Shown here: one piece after another, positions 1 to 11,248 of the stretch
How the letters are laid out: the number at the start of each line of letters is the position of its first letter
How positions within the stretch are numbered: position 1 is the first letter of the stretch
NCBI RefSeq assembly: GCF_009914755.1
Contig: NC_060935.1
DNA from: the human T2T-CHM13v2.0 reference genome, Homo sapiens
Reading direction: 5' to 3' (one strand)
DNA: 64,000 nt
Program-made: the position numbers and the translations under genes
Notes under the pieces: generated by a model
Told to the model about the DNA's origin: nothing
Database searches by the model: none
What the model saw: the letters and a program-made list of their open reading frames with translations, nothing else

Positions 1-59
1 TCATTTTCTGGGACTCTTTATCCTCATTGATAGTATAATCTTTAAAGTAGTTTGGATGG

Positions 60-720
60 TCTTTAATCATGACCCATGTGATCTGGCCTCTGTGGCTTTT
101 TACCAGTCTTGTCTGTGCCTCACACTCTTGCTCTGTCCTCCAACCATACAGGCCTTGAATACTTGAGCTCAATCCTACCTTGTGGCCATGGAGGATGTTC
201 TTTTCCCCACTTCATACTTTCACATAATTAATTCCTACTCACCCTTCTGTAGGCTGCATCAAGAGGCAACTCCCCCAAAGCCACCCTAAATAAACATACA
301 GTATAATCTAAAAAGAAGTGGGATTACTATGCAACACAGCTCCAAAATAAAGCTTCTAGTCTTTACTTCCAACCAGATTGCCATCCAGATCTCTTTTACT
401 CAGAAATTCTGGTGTCTTCCCTGTCCTTTGGAGTTCAACTTGCATATCATCACCTCCTCAAGAAAGCATTCCCTGAATACCGGGTCACCTTCTAAGATAG
501 CTCATGTCATCTTTCCATTAAACACTCATTTAGCACCTGTGCTTCTCTATTACAACACTTAACAAAATTGTATTTAAAACAAGAATTACACTATAACTTA
601 GTTTGTACCCTTTTCCCCAAACAGAAAGTAAGTGGTTGCTAGTAGGGCAATGAAAGAGCTCTCTTATTTGCAACTGCATCCTTTGAACTCAGCACAAAGT
701 GTTTAACCCTAATTGAAATA
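60..720 (+). mobile_element. L2 LINE 3' fragments, highly degenerate
   Basis: L2-like phrases (gatctggcctct, ctctgtcctccaaccatacaggcc, atcacctcctcaagaaagcattccctga); approximate boundaries. Confidence 0.5.
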
Positions 721-1195
721 AATCAAACATGGAAGAAGACAAAAGTATCTTTCAATGATCACATCAATATAGGTATTCTGGTCTGTGTTCTACTTCTCAG
801 TGTAAAATCAATAAATAAGCATTTTGATTTTAAAAACAAAATGGCAATGTGTTCCTACAGTCAGCACTTTAGTGGAACATTTAGTATGGATTAGTGGCAT
901 AAGTGTATGAACTCATTTTTCAAAGAAATTTCCTAGTGGTCTTAGCACTGAAGCTGAAGCAGCTTCTGTTTATTTTAGCAAGATATTAATTCATAAAAGC
1001 TGCACTTCCTGGCAGCTGTGCATTTCTCTCAAGCTTTTTCAAGAGTTCTCCCTTTATAGCTAGATAGTACAAAAGAGGGAGCAGTTCCCTAAGTCAAAAG
1101 CCAGTTAGTGGTAAAACATGAAGAGAATCCTAAACTCCAAAGTCATATTAATTTTAAAATAATATAAGCCAAAAGTCATAATAATTTCACAAGAA

Positions 1196-1531
<336 letters not shown>

Positions 1532-2310
1532 TGAAGGCATGTAAATATCTCCTCTAATTCCCTCGCAATCAAGTCACAAATTTAAAAAATATTAAACAGA
1601 ATTATTATCCATAGCAAGTATTTTCTTTAGTTTTTTTTTTAAGTTGTGGTAAAAAACACAAAACATAAGATCTACTCTCTTAAATTTTTAAGTGTCCAAT
1701 ATAGTGCTTTTAACTATAAGCACAAGGTTGTAAAGCAGATCTCTACCACTTTTTCACCATGCATGATTAAAAGTCTACACCCATTGAACAACAAAACCCC
1801 ATTTCCTCCTCCCCCAGCCCCTAACAACCACCATTCCACTTTCTATTTCTTTGAGTTTGACTAGTTCAGATACTTCTTATAAGCAGCATAATACCATATT
1901 TGTCCTTCTATAGACTATTCCACTTAGCATATTGTCTTTAGGATTCACCCTTGTTGTAGCATATGATAGGATTTCCTTCTTTTTTATGGTTGAATAATAT
2001 TCTGTTGTATGTATATAGCATATTTTGTTTATCCATTCATTCATCAATGGACATTTAGGTTGTTTCTACCTCTTGGCTATTGTGAATAATGCTCAATGAA
2101 CATGAGAGTACAAATCTATATTTCAGATCTTGATTTCAATTCTTTTGAATAAACACTCAAAAGTGGTATTGTTGAATTATATGGTAGCTCTATTTTTCAT
2201 TTTTTGGGAACCTGCATACTGTTTCCCATAGCAACCGTACCATTTTACATTCCCCAAAACAATGCACAGGACTTCCAATTTCTCCACATCCTCAACAACA
2301 TTTTTTTTGC

Positions 2311-2341
<31 letters not shown>

Positions 2342-3807
2342 GATAATGGCCATTCTAACAGGTGTGAGGTGATACCTCATTGTGATTTAAATTCACGTTT
2401 CCAAGACGATTAGTGAGGTTGAGCATTTTTTCATATACCAAATGGCTATTTGTGTATCTTCTTTGGAAAAATATCATTCAGGTCCTTTCCCATTTTTAAT
2501 CAGATTATTTGTTTTTTGGCTATTGAGTTGTAGGAGTACCTTATCTATTTTGGATATTAAGCCCTTATCAAGTATATACTTCGCAAATATTTTATCCCAT
2601 TGTGTAGGTTACCTTTTCACTCTCTTTATCGTTTCTTTTGCTCTGTAGAAGTGTTTTAGTCTGAGGTAGTACCACTTGTCTATTTTTGTTTCTGTTTCCT
2701 GTGCATTTGTTGTCATATCCAAGAAATCGCAGTAAAGACCAGTGTTGTATAGGCTTTTCTTTATATTTTTATCCAGGAGTTTTATAGTTTTAGGTCTTAT
2801 CTTCAGGTCTTTAGTTTATTTTGAGTTGATTTTTGTGGGTGGTATAAGATAATTTAATTCTTTTGCATATGATTATTCTGTTTCCCAACATTATTTGTTA
2901 AAAGAGACTCTTCTTTCCCCATGTGTAGTCTTGGCACCTCTGTAAAAGATCATTTGATTTTTATCTGTGTGGGTTTATTTCTGGGCTCTCTATTCTGTTT
3001 CATTAATTTGTATGTCCAGCTTAGTGCCATAGTGTCTTGATTACTGTAGCTTTGTAATATATTTTTAAATCAGGAGGTATCAAGTTTTCAGATTTACTCT
3101 TCTTTCTCATGATTGTTTTGGCTATTTGGGGTCCTTTGTGGTTCCATATGATTTTTTTTAAATTTTCCTGTAACAAATACCATCGAGATTTTGATAGTGG
3201 TTACATTGAATGTGTAACTTACTTTGAGTAATATGGACATTTTAACAATATTATCTTTCAATCCATGCACATTTACATTTATTTGTGTCTTTAATTCCTT
3301 TCAGCAATATTTGGTAGTTTTTAGTGAACAAATCATTCTTCTGTTAAGTGTGTTCCTCAATATTTTATTCTTTTTGATAGTATTGTAAATGGGATTGCTT
3401 TCTTAATTTCCTTTCATATATTTTACTGTTAGTGTATAGAAACACAACTAATTTTTGTATATTGATTTTGTATCCTATAATTTTGTTGAATTTTTAAATT
3501 AAGTTCCAGATTTTTTGTGTGTGCAATCTTCAGAATTTTCTACCTATAAGATCATATTATCTGTGAACAAATATAATTTTACTTCTTCCTTTCCAATTGA
3601 GGTTTCTTTTCTTTTTCTTGCCTACCTACTCTGGCTGTTACTTCCAGTACTATGTTGAGTAGAATGGTGAGAGTGAACATCCTTGTTCCTAATTTTAGAG
3701 GAAAAGCTTTCAGTTTTTCACCATTGAGTATGGTGTTTAGCTTAGGACTTTTCATATCTGATTTTTATATTGTAAGGTAATTTTCTTCTATTCCTAATTT
3801 GTTGAGG

Positions 3808-4044
3808 TTTTTTTTAAATTTAATTATTATACTTTAAGTTCTAGGGCACATGTGCACAAGGTGAAGGTTTTTTACATAGGTATACGTGTGCCATGTTGGT
3901 TTGCTGCACCCATCAACTCATCATTTACATTAGGTATTTCTCTAATGCTATTCCTCCCCCAACCCCCTCACCCTCCAATAGGCCCTGGTATGTGATGTTC
4001 CCCTTTCTGTGTCCATGTGTTCTCTTTGTTCAACTCCCACTTAT
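3808..4044 (-). mobile_element. 5'-truncated primate L1PA 3'UTR fragment nested in the older L1
   Basis: ttattatactttaagttctagggcacatgtgcac...caactcccacttat is an antisense L1PA 3' end; the older L1 ORF2 resumes at about 4050. Confidence 0.9.
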
Positions 4045-5715
4045 TTTTTTGAAATGAAATAAATGTGTCAATTTTGTCAACTGCTTTTTCTGCATCTATT
4101 GATATAATTGCATTATTTTTATATTTCATTCTTTTAATGTGATTTATCCAATTGATTAAATTTCGTATGTTGAACCATTCTTGCATCTCAGAAATAAATT
4201 CCATTTGGCCATGGTATATGATCTTTTCAATGTGCTGTTAAATTTCATTTGCTATTATTTTGTTGAGAATTTTTGCATCTATATTCATTGACGATATTGG
4301 TGTGCAGTAGTATTTCTGTGATTTTTTTTCTAGCTTTAGCATCAGGGTAATGCTAGCCTTATAAAATGAGTTTTGAATTGTTCCTTCCTCTTCAATATTT
4401 TGGAAGAGTTTGAGAAAGATTGCCATTAATTATTCTTTAAGTGTTTGGTAGAATTTACCAGTGAAGCAATCTGGTCCTAGGCTTTCCTTTGTGGGGAAGC
4501 TTTTGATTACTAATTTAATCTGCTTATTGTTTATAGGTCTATATAAATTTTTTATTTATGATTCAGTTTTGGAAGGTTATATGTTTCTAGGAATTTGTTC
4601 ATTTCATCTAGGTTGTCTAACTTTTCATACAAGTGTTCCCAGTATTCTTATAGTCCTTTTTATTTCCATATAACCAGTAGTAACATAACTTCTTTCATTT
4701 TAAAAAATTTTAGCTATTTGAGCCTTCTCTTTTTTTATTGGTTAATCTAGCTAAAGCTTTACCAATTTTGTTGATGTTTTAAAATATGTAACTCTTAGTT
4801 TCAATGATTTTTTTCTTTTAATTTTATTCTTTATTTTTTTCTCTAATTATTTTCTTCCTTCTGCTAACTTTGTGCTTAGTTTGTCTTCCTTTTTCCAGTT
4901 TCTTGAAATGTAGAATTAGGTTGTTTATTTGAGATCTTTCTTCCTTTTAAATGGAAGTGTATATTAATACAAACTTTACTTTTAGTACTGTTTTTATGGT
5001 ATCCCATAAGTTTTGGTATGCTGTGCTTTTATTTTCATTTGTCTCAAGACATTTTCTGATTTCCGTTTTGATTTCTTCTTTGACCTATTGGTTAAGAGTG
5101 AGTTGTTTAATTTCCTCATGTGTAAATTTTCCAATTTATCTTCAGCCATTAATTTCTAGTTTTATTTCATTGTAGTTGGAAAATATATTTGGCATGATTC
5201 CATCTTCTTAAATTGGTTAAGAGTTGTTTTGAGACCTAATATGTCATCTATCCTGGAAAATGTTCCATGTGCGCTTCAGAATAATGCATATTCTCCTGCT
5301 GTTAGCTGGCATGTTCTGTATATGTTAGGTCCTTTTCATCTATAATGTCATTCAAGTCCTCTGTTTCCTTATCAATCCTCTGTCTGGATACTCTGTCCAT
5401 TATTGAAAGAAGAGTATTACAATCCCCTAATAATATTGACTTGCTCTGTATTTTTCTTTAATTCTATCAATGTCTGTTTTATATATTTGGGTGCTCTGAT
5501 GTTAGGTGAATATATATTTAACACTGTTATATTTTCCTGAATTGACCCTTCTATCATTATATAATATCCTTCTTTATATTTTTTTACATTTTTTACCTAT
5601 AGTTTATTACCATTTTCCTGGATTATATTTTTCTATCCTTTCACTTTCAGACTTTCAGCCAATGTATGTCACTAAGTTAATGTAAGTCTTATAGACAACA
5701 TATAATGAGAATCTT

Positions 5716-5982
5716 TTTTTTTTTTTTTTTTTTTTGAGATGGAGTCTCTCTCTGTCACCCAGACTGGAGTGCGGTGGTGCAATCTCGGCTCACTTCAACC
5801 TCTGCCTCCTGGTAGCAGGGATTACAGGCACACACCACCATGCCCGGCTAATTTTTGTATTTTAAGTAGAGACAGGTTTCACCATGTTGGCCAGGCAGGT
5901 CTCGAACTCCTGACTTCATGTGATCCACCCGCCTTGGCCTCCCAAAGTGCTGGGATTGCAGTTGTGAGACACCGTGCCCAGC
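5716..5982 (-). mobile_element. Alu (AluS-like) with ~32-bp internal deletion, nested in L1
   Basis: Poly-T and Alu body; TSD tgagaatctt at 5706-5715 and 5983-5992. Confidence 0.96.
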
Positions 5983-6827
5983 TGAGAATCTTATTTTTAA
6001 AATCCACTTAGCTATTCTATCTTTTGATTGCAAAGTTTAATCCATTTACATTTAAAGTAATTATATATTGATAAGGAAGGACTTATTATAGCCATTTTGT
6101 TAATAGTTTTCTGTTTTGAATCTTTTTTGTCCCTGTTTTTCTCTCTTGTTGCTTTTGATTTCTTTCTCATTTTCTTTTGCATATCTTCTATAGCTATAGT
6201 TTTGTGGTTACCATGAAGCTTACATAAGACATCTTGCAGTTATAATAATCTATTTTAAGCTGATAATAACTTAACTTCAATTGCATACAAATACTCTACT
6301 CTTTTACTCTTCCCCCCACATAAGAACTTTATGTTTTTGATTTTACAAATTACGTCTTTTTATATTATGTGTCCATTAACTTATTTTTTACTTATGGTTA
6401 TTTTTATACTTTTGTCTTTTAAGTTCCTTAGTTCTTAACACAGTAACTGTAGTACTAAACCCTGAGCTTTGTGAATGAGGCATAAATATGCTCTTGTCCA
6501 AAGCTTGCATCATCTTGAAAGTTAATTTATTCAATTGTATTGATTTAAATGATAGGATGGCTTTTGATTAGACTTTTGGGAGACTAATACGTGTAACATC
6601 CTGGGTGTATTGTTTCCAAGTGTCTCTTCCCCCAACTCTTCCCGTTCTAGATCCTCTACTGACTCTTTCCTGGTTGCCAAAAGCAGAAAAGGTAGTGTAG
6701 GAGAGTGTGGAGGCCCTAGAAAGGGCATAGCATGTGCTATCCCTTGCCCACTGCACTGTTTTATGAGGGAGAAAATGTATGAATAATGATATGGGTAAAA
6801 ATAACATTATGGTAATGAGTCATAACT

Positions 6828-6950
6828 GAAAAAAGCAAGGGGGGAAGTGAAGAGGAAAAAAAGGAGGAAGGAAGGAAGTTGGAAGGAAGCTAGAAGGAAG
6901 GAAGGAAGGAAGGGTGGGCAAGAAGAAGAAAGGAAAGGAAGGAGGGAATG
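6828..6950 (+). repeat. Purine-rich (GGAA)n-like simple repeat
   Basis: ggaaggaaggaaggaagg runs. Confidence 0.9.
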
Positions 6951-7504
6951 GTCACAAACTGAGGAAATACATCTCTTTAAAAAGATAATTAAAACACATA
7001 GTAGGGTTTAATACACAAAACCAAAATCAAGTAAATATAAATGGACATTTCTTTTACTCTGGGACAGTCTTGGACACACCACTGAGGCCTCCTTGAAGTA
7101 GAGTGCCTGGCTTTTGGAGCTGTCATAACCAGAATTTGTAATGCAATCATAAAATGGAATCAGTTTTTCTTCAGTTTAAATTTTGCAAGTTCTTATTTTT
7201 CAAATGAATAACTTGTAATAGATATTTTCTAAATTTATCAAACGGTTAAAAAAAAAAGTCTGGGTTAAAAATAAACCAGAGTCTGACTTGCCAGTGTAAT
7301 TCATCTACAAATTGGCCTAAAGGCAGGGTATGGACTAATATAAATTACAGGTCCTCTTTCATCTAAATGATCTCTTTTCCTTAGAGACCTAACATTTTGG
7401 TAAAGTTTATCCTAGCTGGCTGTGCTTTAGCCAGTACATTTCCAATTCACATTTAATTAACCATCTTCTCCTCTGGGCTTATATCATTTTGCTTTTGTAT
7501 TTAT

Positions 7505-7690
7505 GCATTTTATTCAATATATGTTTACTGAGTGCCTAGTTTCTATCAGGAACTATGCTAAGGATGATGTAGTGAACTTTAGACCAGGTAGAATTCTTGC
7601 AGGGCAGAAAGACTTTGAATAAACAAGTGTGCTCAGTGATTAAATTGAGATGTACAGAAACAACATGCAGGATATCCCTTGCTATTGAAC
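7505..7690 (-). mobile_element. L2 3' end fragment
   Basis: attcaatatatgtttactgagtgcct...ctatgctaagg is the antisense L2 tail. Confidence 0.6.
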
Positions 7691-7895
7691 TTGTCCCATT
7701 AAGGTGAGTTATATAATTACATGTGGGCACAACTGTCCTTCTTATTACTAGATCGTAAGCTCTTCAAAGGCAAGAACTATCCTTTATTTGTAAACTCACT
7801 CTTTCTTTCCCATTATTTCACAATATAATTATTATTTCTCAGTAAATACTTGAATTGAACTTGGAAAATGTGGGACTTTGGTTTAGGAAACATGC

Positions 7896-8267
7896 TGATA
7901 TGGTTTGGCTATGTCTCCACCAAATCTCATCTTGAATTGTAGTTCCCATAATCCTCACATGTCGTGGGAGGGACCTGGTGGGGGGTAACTGAATCATGGG
8001 GGCAGCTACTTTCATACTGTCCCTGTGATAGTGTGTGAGTTCTCATGAGATCTGATAGTTTTATAAAGGAGTTTCCCACTTTGCTTAGCATTCCTCTCTC
8101 CTGCTGCCATGTGAAGAAGGGAATGCTTGCTTCCTCTTCTGCCATGATTATCAGTTTACTGAGGCCTCCCCAGCCATACAGAACTGTGAGTCAATTAAGC
8201 TTGTTTCCTTTATAAATTACCCAGTCTTAGGCAGTTCTTTATAGCAATATGAGAACAGACTAAGATA
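7896..8267 (+). mobile_element. THE1 (THE1C/D-like) MaLR solo LTR
   Basis: Starts tgatatggtttggct, ends gagaacagactaa; 5-bp TSD catgc at 7891-7895 and 8268-8272. Confidence 0.93.
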
Positions 8268-8474
8268 CATGCTCTAGTTTGAACTCTTCCATTGACTAGT
8301 TATCTCACTTTGGACAAGTCACAAGTGCTCATTTAAGGGCTGAGAACATTTTCATTGTTGCATAAATATTTGAAGGCCAATGGCCTTTGCTTCTCTTCTG
8401 AAACACTGTTTTCTATGTTTGTGTATAATGTGATAAAGCTTTGTATAACATTTACGCACCTCATTTTTCCTGGT

Positions 8475-8710
8475 CATAATGGACAAGGTATGAACTTCAG
8501 AGTAAAACTTCTGGGTTCCCAAACCAACTCTGACCATTATTAGCTATGAACTTGGGCAAGTCACTTAACCTCTCTGTGCCTCTGTTTCCTCATTTATAAA
8601 ATAAGCTTTCACACCAATCTCATAGAATTGTTGTGAAAATAACATAAGCTCATTTCTGTGAAGTACTTAGCACATTACCTGGCACATAATTATGCTCAAC
8701 AATGTCTATT
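8475..8710 (+). mobile_element. MIR SINE
   Basis: MIR core ttgggcaagtcacttaacctctctgtgcctctgtttcctcat. Confidence 0.88.
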
Positions 8711-9229
8711 TATGCATTTACCTGTCTGTCTATTGTCATCCCTCTCCCTATTTCCATTGTAATTTCCAGAGGCTGACATTTAAAAATTCTGTAGTGCTTA
8801 TGAACAGAGACTCAATAAAGGTCAGTTTATTTCAACTGAATGTCAGGATTCCATATTGGTCCTAAACTTATTTTCTCAAATTATATTTTGGGCAAGGCTT
8901 TCTGCTTCTGGGCTAGTTGCTAAATAAGATCACCACCATCACCAACATATCTACAGTATATTGACTACTTACAAAGTGTCTCAAGCATATGTACTCATTT
9001 TATCCCAGTAACCATATATAGTAAACATTGAGGTGACAATTTAAGATATAGAAATAGGTTTAGAAAGATTCTGTAGTTTTCCCATGGTCACAGCATTAGC
9101 AGGAGTGACACCAGGAATAAATTAAGGTCCATATAACATTGGAGCCATACAGGAAAACCTGTGCAAAATGACATCTCATTTTTGTGTAAGACTTTGGTTT
9201 TTTGAAAATACTGTTATAGCCTTCATTTC

Positions 9230-9390
9230 TCTACATCTTCACAATAGCCCCATATGGTAGGCAGAGCAGGGGAAAAAACTAAGGTCCATTACCATGAAAC
9301 AATGTGTCTAAGGTCAAACAGCTGGTAAGTGATATTGTTGAAACCAGAATTCAAACCTCAGTGTTCAGTCCCAGATTTTTACACTATTTC
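9230..9390 (-). mobile_element. MIR fragment
   Basis: aaggtcaaacagctggtaagtg...ccagaattcaaacc, antisense MIR core. Confidence 0.7.
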
Positions 9391-9794
9391 ATCCTGCTTT
9401 CCTGCTCAGTACATTCCCCTTATTTCATTTCTAGGTATGAATATATGACATCTTGTCACTCTCTTTGCCATCAAAAACTGGGCAAAAGTTGAGGTGCATT
9501 TAGTGAACCTAGAACATAGGTTTTTAAGTTTGGTGTCAGCACAAAATTTGCATTTGCCTTCTCTGTTCTTATTTACAGATCCTAAGGAAAGGACTGATCA
9601 GGATTTTGAGAGGTCTGATGGAAATGGTTTTCTAAACTTGAAAGGCTTAAATGAATATAAAATTTTTGCCTTAATTATATTTTCTCATACAAGTCCAGAA
9701 GCATCTGCAGTTTCTTGCAGCCACAAGCAAGAGGTTTGAATTTATGTATACTCCATTTCTTCTGGCTGTGGAACAGCTTCAATCATAGCAGCTG

Positions 9795-10030
9795 GAGCTA
9801 CCATTTATTGATCATCTACTATTAATGTGCCAAGAAACTTACAGAATTAGAAGTAATTTTTGTAATAGTCCTGAAAGTCCCAATGTTATTATTCCCATTT
9901 CTGGGGTAAAGAAATTGAGGTTCAGAGAAACTAAGTAATTGCTCAAGGTCATGCAGCTATTAAATAGCAAAGCTGCAATTCAAATTTAGGTCAGTCAGAT
10001 TCCAAATCCTGATGCTTCCCACTTCACCAT
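9795..10030 (-). mobile_element. MIR SINE
   Basis: gaaattgaggttcagagaaactaagtaattgctcaaggtcatgcagct. Confidence 0.85.
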
Positions 10031-10042
10031 GTTACTTATCTC

Positions 10043-10047
10043 AAAAA

Positions 10048-10078
<31 letters not shown>

Positions 10079-10080
10079 AA
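10043..10080 (+). repeat. (TAAA)n microsatellite
   Basis: About 8 tandem taaa units. Confidence 0.95.
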
Positions 10081-10141
10081 GTAATACAAATGAAACTTCT
10101 ACCTTTCTTTTGGTGATGTAAGTACTTTAAATATTAATCTC

Positions 10142-10247
10142 TGAGTCAAACTTGATGGAGGAGGTGGGTCGGCAGGGGAGGTGGGCAGTGGGAGAGGTGG
10201 GGCGGCCGGGTGGGTGGTGGTGGGAAACAAATTCTAATTTTATAAAA
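10142..10247 (+). promoter_or_regulatory. Candidate cis-regulatory element: AP-1 site, G-rich GC/GT boxes with G-quadruplex potential, TATA-like motif
   Basis: TGAGTCA 10142-10148; eight G>=3 tracts 10166-10224; GGGGCGG 10199-10205; TATAAAA 10241-10247. Motif evidence only. Confidence 0.35.
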
Positions 10248-10785
10248 TCCCCATGTTGGTGAGAAGGCCAAGCAGAAATGCAGTTGTCAATTACATCGGG
10301 GTGGAGTTTTTCACCATCTGATAGTGAGTATTCATTTAGGCCTGCTGGGCTAAATGAAATGTGGTATTATACACTCAAGTGCCAAAGTGCCTTCGTGAGA
10401 CCTTTCAAAGAAATCTTCTTTATTTCAGATCTCACGCATAAGCCAATAAAACATAAATTGCAAACTACCTGTGAATTGGTTTCTGAAAAATTGGTGTTGG
10501 GTCCGAGACATCCAAGTCGGAGCCCAGGAACTGACACTGAAAAACACATCTGAGAGGTTTCACCTGGTGCAAATTTATTAGGACACAACCAACAATAAAA
10601 TATTTTCTTTTCTGCAGAAAGGTCATTTATTTCATCCTCAGAATATGTTCCTTTGGTGTAATTTGTACAGCAAAGGGTATGCATCACTTTATGTGCAATT
10701 TCCTAAACAATCATCCGTTAGTAAAGAAAAGCTGAAAATCAATTATCTGATATTTTTTCCTCTCTTGTCTACAACTTCCAATTGA

Positions 10786-11111
<326 letters not shown>

Positions 11112-11248
11112 TTTTTTTTTTTTTTTTTTTTTTTTGAGACAGTCTCGCTCTGTTGCTCAGGCTGGAGTGCAGTGGCACAATCTCGGCTCACTGTAACCCC
11201 GGCATCCCAAAGTGCTGGGATTAAAGGCGTGAGCCACCGCGCCTGGCC
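11112..11248 (-). mobile_element. Internally deleted Alu (left-arm 5' end fused to right-arm 3' end) with its own A-tail
   Basis: About 110 bp of Alu body plus poly-T; TSD gcttgtcctt (10799-10808 and 11249-11258) encloses this element together with the AluY. Confidence 0.9.

Larger units (their letters stand above)
1630..6425 (-). mobile_element. Old LINE-1 (L1MA9/L1MB-like) 3'UTR plus degenerate ORF2, interrupted by an L1PA fragment and an Alu
   Basis: 3' end aacataagatctactctcttaaatttttaagtg; minus-strand ORF fragments [13 protein letters not shown] (2177-2380), [13 protein letters not shown] (3968-4204) and LKLFQNIEEEG...[10 protein letters not shown] (4238-4426) match L1 ORF2p. Confidence 0.93.
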
